From: Raja brachyura
Taxonomy: Eukaryota
Reading direction: 5' to 3'
Assembly: GCA_963514005.1 (NCBI GenBank)
Contig: OY740788.1
Location: 40,486,001-40,550,000, forward strand
Length of the DNA stretch: 64,000 nucleotides
The translations under genes and the position numbers were made by a program. Positions 25,096 to 39,310 of this stretch are shown piece after piece. Positions within the stretch are counted from its first letter, which is position 1, and the number at the start of each line of letters is the position of its first letter. The notes under the pieces are model-generated. The model did not search any database and had not been told where the DNA came from. It saw nothing but the letters and a program-made list of their open reading frames with translations.

Positions 25096-27059
25096 GATAT
25101 TGATATTCATTTACTTTTTATTCATTGTGGAGTTGTAACGTTACACTCGGATAAAAGTGACCTCGATGACATGAGCACTCTCACCGTGCCTTGTTAATTC
25201 AACTGTTTGTTTCATTCTTGGGCCATGATTGTGATGTGGTCTGGAGTCAGCAAGCCCTGACAAACCAAAAATGAATATTAGTGAGCATGTTATTGGTGAG
25301 GAAATGCAGCTTATAGTACTACGGACAATACCTTCCATTACTTTCTGGCAATTGAGAAGATACCAGCTAGGTAGAAATGAACTGGATTGAATTTGTCTGT
25401 GTTATGATGATAGGATAAATCTGGACATTTTTCCATATTGCCATGTTTATTAAAATCTTGTAACCAACAGGATGAAACCGTTTAATTACAGTTGTGGCTA
25501 GTTCTGGAGCACAGCTTTTCCATCTGCATGCCATGGTGATTTTCAATATCATGTGAATTAATTCAAATTGGTTGGAAACTGAAGGAAAAAGGAAGTGTAG
25601 ATGGAGAACATGGATAAGTGTTGTTTTGGGTCAAGACCTATCTTCAGACTAACATGGATAGGCAACGTTTTGGGACGTATTCTAATAATTTTTATTTTGA
25701 ACTACATTTATTTTGTGATTTTTCTTGACCTAAAACATTGCCTCTCCATGTTCTCTTCTTTAGCGATGCTGCTTGCCCTGCTGAATTACTACAGCACCTT
25801 TATTTACAAACTGATCCCTTCAGTGATGGTGACTTTGTGTGGAAATATGACTAAATAGATTATCCATTCAATGCTGCTAGCTGAAAGTATTTGCAAATAC
25901 TTCAGCATTGTCTTTGGCGTAAGCTTACCGAGCTCTACCTTTCTAGGTGATGGGAATCTTCCTGTAAACTGTTCATTTGTCCCTTATAATGCAGACTGCA
26001 GCAGTCCTGCAGTACTATTCAGGATGGAGGAGTATAATTCAACAGCTCAAGGAAGATGGTAAATGATAATTAGGAGGGTGCATCCTTTCATTCTGGAGTC
26101 ACTCTGACTGCTTTCGATCGGAAGTACTCAGCTAGATGAACCTACTTTGCATCTGACCCAAACCAGAAAGACTCAGCCTTCAACTTGTACATTTCTTTTG
26201 TCAGAAATGCATAGCAGCAATTGAAAGTTTTTTTTCTCTTTTAAACTATACTTATTTAGTGCTTTTTAAGAATTAGTTATCAAAAGAGATAGAGGAGTAA
26301 AAGAAAGTAAAACCAATATTCAATATTCTTCTGCGTGAAATGTTTGTGTTGCTATAGAACTAAATAAAGAAACACCAAGTACATAATTACTGCCTTGAAA
26401 CACATAAACAATATGTGCAGCTGTATTTAAATAGATGCTCTTCTCTTTTTAGAGGCTATGAACTTAATGTCAGTAGTTTCATTTTGTGGCAATATTTTGA
26501 ATATTGGGGCCAGAGGTATTTTTATTCAAATGTAGAGCCCAACATTATGAAAATTACATTCGTTCATCACATGAGCCTCGCTGTAGAAATGTCTTGTGTT
26601 ATATTTACTTTAAAACAATAGGCAAATTGGAGCATAAATGAGCAGGAATCTTGAGGCAGGTCAGCGTAGGTTAATGTGAACAGACGGTAGAAGTATGGCT
26701 ACATCTTCTGTGAATTAATCCATGATTTGCTATTGCGTGCCATTTTTGAACTCTTTAGTGTCAACCTGAATGGACAATTTAATCCTGTTTTGTCATCCAC
26801 AAAATTCAAATAAGGCAGGACAGGGAAGGGAAGGTATTTTAGAAAAAGATGGATTAGCACCTTTCAATAAATGATTATGAATATTATACAGGTCTGCTTG
26901 GTTTGGCCTGAGACCTTGTGTGATTCCCTGCAAAAGAATGAATGACCCGGTAAATTGACAAGTAGACAATCATTGCCTTCCACTGTAAAGTCCAGACTCA
27001 CAATTAGACTTTAATGAGAAATGGCAATATTATGCATCCAGTGTATTTAATTCAGTTTC

Positions 27060-27350
27060 GTTTTGGTTTTGAGATACAGTGAGGAAGCAGGTTCTTTGAC
27101 CTACTGAGTCTACCCTGACCAAAAATCACCCCGTACACTGGTTCTATCCTACACTCTAGGGACAATTTACAGACACCGATGAACCTACACGTCTTTGGAA
27201 TGTGGGAGGAAACTGGAGCACCCGGAGAAAACCCACACGCTCATAGGAAGAACATGTAAACTCCGTTCAGATAGCACCTGTAGTCAGGATCGAACCCGGG
27301 TCTCTAACGCTGTAAGGCAGCTTCTCTACCACTGTGCAACTGTGCCGCCC
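27060..27350 (-). mobile_element. HE1-like tRNA-derived SINE
   Basis: Reverse-complement head with A/B boxes (GGATCGAACCCGGG), core GGAATGTGGGAGGAAACTGGAGCACCCGGAGAAAACCCAC and CR1-like tail. Confidence 0.85.
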
Positions 27351-27449
27351 ACTATTCTTGTCACAAAGCTTCTAAAGAAGCTTAAAAACCCACAGATACT
27401 TATTTTTGTTAATCCACATAACAAATATTCAACCAACATGTCAATTCTT

Positions 27450-28292
27450 TTTTAATTATTTTTAAATTTTCTTTATTAGAAGTAATGTACATTACAATGA
27501 TATGCCAAAAATAACATAATGCATTTCCTGTACCACTTCTTATTTTATACTTGAAGAAGAAGAAGAAGAAGAATAGAGAGAGTTAGATAGGATAGTAAGT
27601 GCATGAGAGAGTGATCCGGAAGAGCCCGTAGAAGCGTAAGACACAAGAAAGACTAAAAAAGAAAAACAAAGGAAAAGAAAGAAAAAAAATAGAAGACAGA
27701 AAATATGAGAAAGTAAAATAAGCTAAGATAAAAGGGATTTACCTCCTTCATATCTTTACACACCCCTCACCAGATCCTGATACCATTTATTTTCAGAGTT
27801 GTGTTGCACCCTGCTTGTAATAAGTCGATAAATGGAGACCAAATCTTTTGGAAATGGTCTGATTTGCCTGCTAGGAGGAATCTCATATCTTCCAGGTGTA
27901 ACGTTTTGGACATATTTGAAATCCCCATTTTTATCGTTGGTGTAGGAGCGTTTTTCCAGAATTTAAGTATACATTTTTTTTGCCATTATTAATCCATAAT
28001 TAAGGAAACTCTTCTGGAACGAAGTCAGCTCAAAGCTAGCTTCCATTGTTCCAAAAATAATCAATTCTGCATTCGGTTTCAATTTTATTTTGAATAATTT
28101 TGTAACAATTTCAAAGATTTAATTCCAGAATTTTTTGATTTTTATGCAAAAAACAAAGGAATGTGCTATGGTTGCTTCTTGGGATAGACATTTATCACAA
28201 ATTGGGGAAACATTTGGAAAACAATTACTTATTTTAGTTTTTGAATAATATAGTCTATGTAAAGTTTTAAATTGGATTAAAACATGTCTTAC
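27450..28292 (-). mobile_element. 5'-truncated L1-clade LINE (ORF2 C-terminal zinc knuckle and 3' UTR)
   Basis: QFKTLHRLYYS..SPICDKC..ATIAHSFVFC..FW is a CCHC-type motif. 17-bp TSD CCAACATGTCAATTCTT at 27433-27449 and 28293-28309. T-rich tail on the left. Confidence 0.85.
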
Positions 28293-29799
28293 CCAACATG
28301 TCAATTCTTCACCTTGCAGAATCTGTTTCATGTTAGTTGACATGTGAAAACATTGATGTGTAAACGATCCTGTTTCTATGTTCAATGTTTGCGTTAAATG
28401 GAAGCTAGGCAACTCTGTTCTACAAAACATGATATTCTGCTAACTTGTTTGCATTTTTTGTTCTTCTGAATGCTGCACCATTATTTGAATATACTCCTGA
28501 TAAGATGCACAAAACCACTGTTCCAAGCACATGTTAAGCTGTTTTTAACTCTGCCTATGCAATGCTCTCACTGACCTGAAATATACAGCTTTTGCTTTCT
28601 AGCCTTGGCTAAATTCAAAGAAGGTAATTAATTAATTAACTTTGCTCATAAATTGCCCAGAAGAAGCTTCTTGGAATTCCATTTGCCTTCAGAATCTGGC
28701 AGAATAGAAAAATTATGTTAAATGAACCTCATTGGAGAGTATGAAGTAAATTGAATTAATTCTCTAAGCTGGTTTCCATTCTTTAATTGAGACCTGGTGT
28801 TACATGGGTGATATCACAATTTTATCTATTCAGATTTGCAGCTAACTGTCTGAAAGTTCATAGTTATCACGTGTCAACATACGTATTCGTTATTGTTACA
28901 TGATTGCATTTGAATATGTATTTGTTAGGAATACGTTATTCATACGTATCAACAAAGGAACTATGAATGAGCAAATGATAGGCAAAGGAAAAACTATCAT
29001 GTTTAAAATTCTAAATTATTGATCAGAGTTGGCAGTGCATATGAACTGCCAAATTTTTAAAAATTTGCAAAATCTTTTGAGTAAGATTTTTATTTCTGTA
29101 TTTAAACTGACCATTTACAGCTGGGAATATGATTTGTAACAAAGTGTTGCACATTTACAAGAAATAAAATCAGGAAAGTTGAGGAGTACTTGGCATCAGG
29201 CAGCAACTGAGGAGAAAGAAATTGTGTTAGCCTGTCAGATCAATGAGCTAAGAAGCTAATTGTATCATGAAACATGATCAATTTCTGGTACCTGTATATT
29301 ATCATGTACTGCATTTGCTGCTTGTGCAAATATAGATATTTTTGATTGTTAGCTGAAGATATTCAAAGTGTCAAGCTGTAGTTCATGGTCTGCAGGTTGT
29401 TAAAATGCTCTGATGATTGGTAACAAGTTGTTCATTAATCAAAATCCGTTAAGTGCAAAACACAAATGTAAAATTGTGACGAACAAAAACCTCTCTGGCG
29501 AAACGAAATATTTTTGTGTATAAAATATCAGAAGCTGCTAAAATGTTAGCCATTGTACCTGAGGGAACTCTGAGACAAATCAGCTGTACTGTAATTTTTT
29601 TCTGCAGCATTTCAGATATTTTGGTAATTCTTTTAAGAAAGTAATCACACTTTGAGTTCCAAGTATGAATAGAAGCAAGGAGTATCATTATTCGGGTTTG
29701 CAGGTATAATCTGGTTGCTATAGATATTGTATGCCTCTTTTCACAACATATTATGATACCAATACCAGCTAACCTAACCAGTCCGGAAATTGAACCATT

Positions 29800-31411
29800 T
29801 TGATGTCAGAATTAAGTCCGACACAAAGGTTCTGAACTTAAACAAAGGTAACTTTGAAGGTATGAGAAGTGAATTGGCCAAGATAGACTAGCAAGTGATT
29901 CTTAAAGGGTTGACAGTGGATGTGCAATGGAAGGTATTTAAAGACTGCATGGATGAACTACAACAATTGTTCGCCCCAGTTTGACAAAATAATAAATCAG
30001 GGCAGGTAGTGCATCTATGGATAACAAGGGTTATCGGGGATAGTATAAAAATAAAAAGATGAAGCATACAAATTAGCCAGAAAAAGAAGCCTACCAGAGG
30101 ACTGGGAGAAATTCAGAGTTCAGCAGAGTAGGACAAAGGGCTTAATTAGGAAATGGAAAATAGATTATGAAAGAAAACTGGCAGGGAACATGAAAACTGA
30201 CTGCAAACGTTTTTATAGATATGTGAAGAGAAAGTGATTAGTTAAAACAAATGTAGGTCCCTTGCAGTCAGAAACAGGTGAATTGATCATGGGGAACAAG
30301 GACATGGCAGACTAATTGAATAACTACTTTGGTTCTGTCTTCACTAAGGAAGACATAAATCATCTGCCGGAAATAGCAGGGGACCAGCGGTCAAATAAGG
30401 TGGAAGAACTGAGTGAAATCCAGGTTAGCTGAGAAGTGGTGTTGGGTAAATTGAATGGATTAAAGGCTGATAAATCCCCAGGGCCAGAGAGTCTGCATCC
30501 CAGAGTACTCAAGGAAGTAGCCACAGAAATAGTGGATGCATTAGTGATAATTTTTCAAAACTCCTTAGATTCTGGAGTAGTTCCTGAGGATTGGAGGGTA
30601 GCTAATGTAACCCCACTTTTTTTAAAAAGGAGTGAGAGAGAAAACTGTGAATTACAGACCATTTAGTCTAACATCGGTAGTGGGGAAACTGCTAGAGTCA
30701 GTTATTAAAGATGGGATAGCAGTACATTTGGAAAGTGGTGGAATCATTAGACAAAGTCAGCATGGATTTACGAAAGGTAAATCATGCCTGACGAATCTTA
30801 TAGAATTTTTTGAGGACGTAACTAGCAGAGTTGATAAGGGAAAACCAATGGATGTGTTGTATCTAGACTTTCAGAAGGCTTTCGACAAGGTCCCACATAA
30901 GAGATTAGTATACAAACTTAAAGCACACGATGTTGGGGGTTCAGTATTGATGGGGATAGAGAACTGGCTGGCAGACAGGAAGCAAAGGTTAGGATTAAAC
31001 GTGTCCTTTTCAGAATGGCAGGCAGTGACTAGTGCGGTACCGCAAGGCTCAGTGCTGGGACCCCAGCTATTTACAATATATATTAATGATTTGGGCGAGG
31101 GAATTGAATGCAACATCTCCAAGTTTGCGGATGACACTAAGCTGGGGGTAGTGTTAGGACCGAAATGAGGAAAACATTTTTCACACAGAGAGTGGTGAGT
31201 CTCTGGAATTATCTGCCACATATGGTAGTTGAGGCCAGTTCATTGGCTATATTTAAGTGGGAGTTAGATGTGGCTAAAGGGATCAGGGGTATGGAGAAAA
31301 GGCAGGTACAGGATACTGAGTTGGATGATCAGCCATGATCATATTGAATGGCGGTGCAGGCTCGAAGGGCCAAATGGCCTACTCCTGCACCTATTTTCTA
31401 TGTTTCTATGA
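29800..31411 (+). mobile_element. CR1 (HER1-like) LINE, truncated and internally deleted RT pseudogene
   Basis: [69 protein letters not shown], with stops and frameshifts. Ends in the (TTCTATG) tail. Confidence 0.93.
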
Positions 31412-32299
31412 TCTCATTCCTGCATTCAATAAATTTTTCACATGTTTTTCTCACTGTCTCTTGCTGTCTCTACATCCACCATTTAATCATCAACCTTTCG
31501 CCCATGAATACATTAAAATTTATTCTTTCTGTTTATTGAGCCTGGGAAAATGTTTTAAAACACATTTCTATCTGTTGCCTGTACTGATATGAAGAAATCC
31601 AGTCCATTGCTTATCTCTTGGTTCTCTACAGTGCAAGATGCAATGTAATAGTCTAAGGACCACTGCAGGACCATCTTGTTGGTGATCATGGGGAAATGCT
31701 GCATTCATGGCTAAAGTCTGGTGTGTTGCTCAGTATCATGGGCAAGGAATGAGAAGGGAGTGAGAATGGTTGTAGATTAGATGATTTGCATTTTGGTGAT
31801 AATAGGCTTTGCATGGATTGGACCATGAACAGTGTGTGATTAGAATAACTCGGGTGGGGTGGGTTCAGGTGAGGGGGCGTTTGGAAAGTCGGAAAGGAAA
31901 AGATTTTGTAGGATGGCTAAATAGCCAGACTATATTAGGAAGCAGCAGAGAAAAATACTTCTAATCAAAGGCAAGGCATTGAAAAATGATTCAAAAGACA
32001 TAAATGAATTGGGAAATGTAGGGTGTAGGATAAATCAGGAATTTAGAGCTATGTGCAACAGGATGATCAAGGACATTTTAACCTGAGTCTAAAATGAATA
32101 GTTCAAATTAGTTCAAATGCTGTCAAGGACAAATTTGTTTATGTGTAAGAGATGGTATTCTAGATCTGTATGTTGTGGAACCAGCAAGGGTTAGAGCTAT
32201 GTGAAATGGTTAGGTGATAGTATGGTGGATAAGAGGCGATTCAAGAACAAATATGAAAGCATTTTATATAAAGGTTTAAAGCAATTTAGATGTGCATGA

Positions 32300-32420
32300 T
32301 ACTTCAGATGCTGGTATCTTGAGCAAAAAAAGAAACTGCTGGAATTCAGCAGGTCATGCAGCATCTGTCAAGGGAAATGGACAAACTACATTTTGGGTCA
32401 GGGCACTTCTTCATACTGAT
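32300..32420 (-). mobile_element. Penelope-like terminal repeat, degenerate
   Basis: CAGATGCTGGTATCTTGAGC..GCAGCATCTG..TTTTGGGTCAGGGCACTTCTTCA. Confidence 0.55.
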
Positions 32421-33504
32421 GACTCCGAAACTGACTGAACATCTTGTCTGTCTTTGTGGAAGAAGACACAGAAAGCCTCCCAGAAAAGAGATCTGCAGAA
32501 TTAGTGAATGAGGGTCTCCTGAAAATCAGCATTGGTGAAATTAATGAATGTGAAAGCTGCTAAAATGATGAGCTGGGTCTTTAGGTTCTTTTTGGGAGGT
32601 AGCTATGGAGAATCATGATGAACAAGATGTCATGTTTGGAAATTGGATATGTTTTCAAAGATTGGAAGATGAAAAATTAAGACAACAGGAGAGAGAAACG
32701 AGGAACTACAGATCATTTAGTCTGATGTTAGCCAGGTAAATGCTGGAGTCTAATTTTAAAAAAAGTTCTTAGGAAAAAAAGGATGCCTTGGTGAAAGAGT
32801 CAATGTGAGTTTGGGAAAGAGCATAAATCTGCTGAAACTTTTTGAGATTGTAACCAATAGTGTCAACAGGGATGCTGCAGCTGATGTGAATATGGACGTT
32901 TGGGGTAAGTGGTAGACAGAAAACATATTTGATAAAGGGACAACACATTCTGCTATGTACAGAACTCTCTGGTCGAAACATTAATGAGAAACTGTAAAAA
33001 TGTAGAGAGAAAAAAACAAACTAAAGGATATTTTAAACATGAGAAATAAGATTTGAATCAACTACCTTTGGTGTTTTGGGCATGGTGCAATAAATGTTGG
33101 GATTGGAAGCAATCCCAATTGGAAGGATGTTTGTTTTAAATCCTTTTCTTCATTTGTTACCTTTACAATCATTCATTTCTTCTGTTATATTGTGCTTGTG
33201 TTCTATTTACTCCATCACTTCTTATTGCTTATTACATGGTATTGCCAATAATTATCTCAATTTCTTCCATCTGCGGTACTCTCAACAGATATCTCAGGTT
33301 TGATGTTTCCAGCATTTTCTGTTTTAAAAACTTTTATTACAGATTTCCAACATCCACATTTTGTGCAGGATATTTCTAGATTGGAGCCTAATGTTACATT
33401 TTATAAGATCACAAGATTGCCTGGAAAATTACAGTAATTCAAAGAATGATATTTAACTGGAATTAGAGTTTGATCATTAGGTTTTATAGACATTTTTAGT
33501 AATG

Positions 33505-33720
33505 ACATCATACAGAATGGAAACGGGCACATTGATCCAACTTGTCCATGCCATCCAACATGCCCCATCTAAGTTAGTCCCATTTACCAGTGTTTGTCCC
33601 ATCTCTCTTGAAACCATTCCAATCCATCTACCTGCCCAATTGTCTTTTAAAAGCTGTTATGGTATCACCTAAGCTACCTCCTCTGGCAGCTTGTTCCATA
33701 TACCCACCGCACTCTGAGGG
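33505..33720 (-). mobile_element. CR1 LINE 3' fragment
   Basis: The minus strand reads VGIWNKLPEEV, followed by the tail. Confidence 0.7.
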
Positions 33721-34989
33721 ATATTAAACAAATTGTATGGGAAGTTAATTTTGCTGTACCATTTCCAGGGCTGGACTTCTCGCTGCACTACAGCCCCCAG
33801 GCAACCGTAAACTAGGCCCAAACTAATTATATGCATTTCATGTACCCAACTACAATGCAGTCCAAACTCCTTGATATTTTTTGCTCCATGAACTTTCTTC
33901 CAATTAAGTGTTACACAAAGCTGATGACGCTTCCAACTCTTAATTATGATAGTGCTCCAATTATATTCTTGCAAGGGGAAGGCAAACTTGCACAAATGAT
34001 CCAGCTTTAATCGTGCAGGATTTTTCTGTTTTTTAATTACATTTTCTTTTGAGCATTTTGATATGTTTATCATCTTAAAATTAGCAGAACTATTCTATGG
34101 TTTATTTATTTTACTGTATTTTTCTGGCTTGGGTATATCACATCAAGATATATAAAAGGCTTCTCTGTTAGATATTTGTGAAAAGTCTGATATGAATAAA
34201 TGTTTGTTGCTTTAGTTGAAATCTAGATATTGAGATTACTCCTTGGGGCTTCATTGCTATAGGTTTCCACTGATATACAATATATTATATACGTGCATTT
34301 TAAATTCAGACTTCTTAAAAGATTAGGGGGATACAAACACAACATCGGGACATTTTTGGCTCTAACCTCCGATCTGCACCTTCGTAAGAAACTCCAGCCA
34401 AAGGGACTACATCACAGTAATTAATCCTTTAGATTAATTAACAGTGAGTGCATTGACAGTTGGTACTGGCATGAACAAGCATGGCCAACAGAAAATATAA
34501 TAAAGCTCCATTTAAAATTAAAACTGTATATATTTTAAAAAGTGATTACTGGCCGGTAATCTAATCTAGCAATTCAGATGTCTGTTATAAACCACTCAAA
34601 CATTTTTCTCGCACTTTATGTTACCATGTCAAGGCTTCAATCAAATAACTGCCTTGTAATCATTTCCAGGTATCCATTATTCTCCAAAAACCTTGCAAAA
34701 TTGTCTGGTTTTGTGTAATGCATTTATAGAATATTATTAAGTTTATAGAATAAGTGGTTGGAGGAAAAAGACGATCAGTTATATGTCAATATTTTCATCA
34801 GGGTTTAGATGTAGTCCGATGGAAGAACACTAGTTTCATTTAAAATTGTGTTTGGCATAATCACCACAGTCGGTAACACGTGAACCTTATATGGAATAAA
34901 CAATTTAAGGACAACAGGATCACAAAATCCTTAAAATACATCAAGGGATCTAATTACATTAGCAGTTTTTTTATTTTCAAACAAGGGTG

Positions 34990-35105
34990 ATGAAAAACAT
35001 TGTCCTCCATTTCCCTCCACAACTGCCATTGGCCTGCTGAGTTCCTCCAGCAGTTTGCTTTTTTTTGCTCAAGATACCACCATCTGCAGTTTCTTGCCTT
35101 CACTA
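34990..35105 (+). mobile_element. Penelope-like terminal repeat fragment
   Basis: CCTGCTGAGTTCCTCCAGCAG..GCTCAAGATACCACCATCTGCAGTTTCTTG. Confidence 0.55.
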
Positions 35106-35145
35106 CAGGTAGAATCGGTGATGTTGGATTTTAAAATGATACGTT

Positions 35146-35522
35146 GAGTCATACAGTGTGGAAACAGGCCATTTGGCCCAACTTGCACACATCGGCCAAC
35201 ATGTCCCACCTGGTCCCACCTGCCCGCATTTGGTTCATATCCTTCCAAATCTGTCCTATCCATGTACCTGACGGTTTCTTAAATGTTGGAAAAGTCCCAG
35301 CCTCAACTACCTCCTCTGGCAGCTTGTTCCATACATCCACCATCCTTTGTGTGAAAAAGTTGCCGCTCATATTCCCATTAAATCTTTTCCCCGTCACCTT
35401 AAACCTATGTCCTCGAGTCCTCGATTCACCTACTCGGGGCAAGCCACTCTGTGCATCTACCTAATCTATTCCCCTCATGATTGTATACACCTCCATTAGA
35501 TCACCCCTCATCCTCCTGCTTT
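35146..35522 (-). mobile_element. CR1 LINE 3' fragment
   Basis: PRVGESRTRGHRFKV..FFTQRMVDVWNKLPEEVVEAGT. Confidence 0.85.
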
Positions 35523-36021
35523 CCATACGTAGTGCAAACCAACTTGAGTGAGAGCTTAAGAACAAGCTTGTTGAAAATGGTAGCAATGCATTAATCTTAC
35601 CCATTATATAAATCAAGTTACATTTGTAGTTCTCTTCTCCCTAGTAGTTTTTAATTTATTTACCGTAGAAAATGAAATAGTACTTGCAGTTGGTTATTTA
35701 GCTCGCTGCCATGGATGTGAAAACCTCTTTATACAGGTGACAAACTCTGATGTGACTGCAGAGTCACTGGAATAGTAGCTGCTGTGTATTTAGAATTGGT
35801 GTTGTTAGATTTTAAATTCGTTTATTCAATTATCATGACAGTTGCAAAAACACATGTTAAACAAAGCAGGCTCATGATCTATGAAATTACAATATTAACA
35901 GACTGGTCCAAACTGCTGGCTGAATTGTATCTGTGCTGCTCCCATTTTCTGATAGCTCTGTTTCCTGTACCCAGGTGAAAGTTTGGAGAGAACCCACCAT
36001 TCATGGAAGACACAGTCTTAT

Positions 36022-36158
36022 GCCAAAATATATGGGTGTCAGGGGTTATGGGGAGAAGGCAGGAGAATGGGGTTAAGAGGGAGACATATCAACAATGATT
36101 GAATGACAGAGCAGACTATGGGCTGAATGGCCTAATTCTGCTCCTTGACTTATGACCT
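36022..36158 (+). mobile_element. CR1 3' tail fragment
   Basis: GGGGTTATGGGGAGAAGGCAGGAGAATGG..GGGCTGAATGGCCTAATTCTGCTCC. Confidence 0.7.
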
Positions 36159-36819
36159 AATATATGTGCACTTTTTAAGTTTTGTTTCTTGATGCTATCG
36201 CACATCGATCTGTTTCCTGTCTTTTAATTATGGAGCTACAGAATATTTGACATTCAATGCTGTGAAAATCATCCATGCATGGATATCGCATTATCAGTTC
36301 TCCCTGTTTATAACCTCTGCTTTCTTTGCATTCCAGCTCACTTTGCAGAACTTCTTACAACTCTTAGTGCTAATAGAATGCCGTGACAATATCTTAACAA
36401 CTCTTTGTGATGCCTTTTACTGCCTCAGTTTCATGATCCCTTCACATTTGTGGTAACCTTTCCCATTTATGGCCAGTTTAATTCTCTTATATTGGGTGTC
36501 TGGTAGATTTGTCATGTTGTGCATGCATGATTACTTTGTAGTGGTGGAATGAATGTACTGGGGATTAAGCATCTTTTGATTTTGCTAATGGCATAATTCC
36601 TGGGCTAATGTATCATTCTAAACATCTTCTTTCTCCTTAAAAACCTTTCAAAGCCTGAAGCCTCTGTATCTTAAAAACAAACTTAACCGGTTTTAAACCT
36701 ATCTAAAAACATATGCAATAACAGCAGGAGAAGTCACCCAGCCCATTTTGCGTAGAAATTTACCAAGATCGCAGTTGATCCTCTGCCCCTCACCATTTTC
36801 ATGTGCTTTCTATCTCCTT

Positions 36820-37310
36820 CCTGTACTCAGCCTCGTTGTTGTTTGAGATCCTGCCCAAGATTGAGGTATCATCGGAAATTTGTAAATGGAGTTAGAGCAG
36901 AATTTGTCCGCCCAGCGATGAATGTTTAGAGAGTAATGTAAGTGACTGAGAACACAATGGCACCAGTGTTAGAGAATAATTGTGGAGGATGCTTTGTCAT
37001 CTATCTTTGCTGATTGTAGCCTATGGATCAGGAAGTTAAGGATCCAGTGGTGGGGCTGCTGAGTCCTAGGCCCATGAGTCTGGTCAGAATTATGGTGTTT
37101 GAGGCAGAACTATGGTTAATAAATAGGAGTCTGAAACTCCGTGTTGCTTGTTATCCACATGCTTCAGGAATGAGTATAATGGCAGGGAAATGGCATCTGT
37201 CGTTGGCCTGTGGCAGTAGTTGGTGAATTAAAGTGGAGGCTGGAGTTGATGTACACCATGATCAACCTCTCGAGGCACTTCATAATGGTGGATGTCGGAG
37301 CCACAGAATG
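36820..37310 (-). mobile_element. Degenerate Rex1/Babar-like LINE RT fragment
   Basis: The minus strand gives a remnant YKF/DDT..GRISNNNEAEYR, the RT motif that follows KFADD. Confidence 0.55.
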
Positions 37311-39138
37311 GTAGAGTGGGTTGGCGGATGTGGGTGAAAGATCAAATATCTCAGTGAATGCTTATGAAACATGAGAAGTCTATTATTGCCAAGACAATGA
37401 TTGACTTCCACAACTACAATGCTAGTCAGTCACTGCTGTGCAAGGGCCCAGGCACGTACAGTCGCACTCTCTTGCTCTCACGTTCTCTTGTCCTTGCATT
37501 CCCTCTTGCTCTTTCTCCCCAACAGCCCCCCCCCCCCTAGGAAATAGCAGTTTCATTTGCAGATCTAAGTATTTTGTGCTTTTCTTCAATTGATTGACTG
37601 TCAAGCAAGAATAAACCAATAATCTGACAATGGTGACTATGCACACTTCCTCCAAGCAGTTAATTGTTGCTGTAGCTGGGAAAATCCAAAATGTAGCTGT
37701 ATTATTATTTCCGCAATATTACAAAGATGTTATTCACATTCCACGTTTTGTTTTCAATGTATTTAATTTAAAACAGTTGCAAAGAACAACATCTTACAGA
37801 GGATGGCGAATCTGTTGCGTTTTTCTGCTCCAGAGGATTGTAGATGCTAGAATAGTTGAGGGGAGATAGAAAAGTGTTGAAAGATCAATGAGTTGAGTGC
37901 TATGGGGATTGGCAGAGAAGATGAGGCTAGGTGCATATAAACCACAAGGGACCCTAGCCCTGCTCCCTATTTTCTTATATTCTTATCTAATTGAGCTTAA
38001 ACACTTAGAAAAATTAAATCAAATGAATGTCCCTTATTTATACAGCTCTGCTGTATAATTTAGATTTACTTAATAAATTGAAGAATGGTTAGGACTATAT
38101 ACAAGAACTAACCATCTAACTGTTTCTCTTTGTTCTTCGATTAGGTGCCTTTAAGGTGCTTTTTGCAGGGTGCTTCTGATGTCTTCTGTGAGCAGGTAAA
38201 ATTTTCACACAGTAGACCCTGTGTGTTTTTGGGAATTATTTCCTAACCTGCTTCTAGGACCTGATTATGCCAGTACTCCAGGTTATTGAATAGGCTCGGG
38301 CAGCTGGGAATATCCTTTCTTTCTCTTTTCTACCATCAATTAATGGTGATTGTCTAGTCAAATGAGAGGCATTTGAGTCCAACAGCAAAAGAAACGGTTA
38401 CAGCTATGAATGGTGACAGTCTTTTCTTATTGTGCAAACTTCACTTGCACTAGCTTATGTATGATCAATATATGCTCTAATAATGGGCACAATCTTCAAT
38501 AGAAGAAGTAGGGCTGCAGCACGGCTTATTCTAGGTCGTATTTCCACGTCTCTGCCCCGTTTCTGCTATTTATCAACCTATACGTATACACACACAAATT
38601 AGTTTGTGCACCGTGGTGTGGCTCGATGAGCAGCTTCTGTTTGAAGAAGCAGATGACCTGGTGGAAATACATTCAAACCATGGGTGCTTGCACTCAATGA
38701 AGTGTGGAGTCGATACATATGTTTCACTTCCAGCATCAATGATTCCTCTTCCATTTTGGACTTGCAGGCCCTACATTCATGAGGGAAGACTTGATTAGAG
38801 TGGGAGGGAAGTAGGCTGGGAACAGAAGGCATGCATCATACTGCATACCAACTAGGATCCTGCAAAACTATTGTCAGGTTTATTTTTCGGGAATGAGCAG
38901 GATGAGGATTATATTGTGAGCATGCATGCAAGGGATGTGTACCTCGTGAAAACCAAGCACCCATTCATCGTGTACAAAGAGTCAGAAGTGAGAAGAGTAA
39001 AAACTCTATATATGAAGCCTTTCTCTGAGTTCACTAGTTTTGTCACTTCTCACAGCTACATCTCTTCCCTCCTTTGCTGCAGTTATGGAAAAGCACAAAT
39101 GCATGCAAAGCAAGCACCTGAATCATTTAATGAGGTAT

Positions 39139-39310
39139 AGGAAGGAACTGCAGATGCTGCTTTACACTGAAGATAGACACAACATGCTGGAGTAACTCAG
39201 TGGGTCAGGCACCATCTTTGAAGAAAAGGAATAGATGTTTTTGGTCAAGACCCTTTTTCAATCTGCTGCCTAACCCACTGAAATGCTCCTGCATTTTGTG
39301 TCTATCTTCA
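39139..39310. mobile_element. Inverted pair of Penelope-like terminal repeats
   Basis: GAAGATAGACACAACATGCTGGAG.. pairs with ..CTCCTGCATTTTGTGTCTATCTTC. Confidence 0.75.

Noticed and set aside
30436-31168. Functional reverse transcriptase gene
   Set aside because: Stops, frameshifts, 5' truncation and an internal deletion show a dead CR1 copy.
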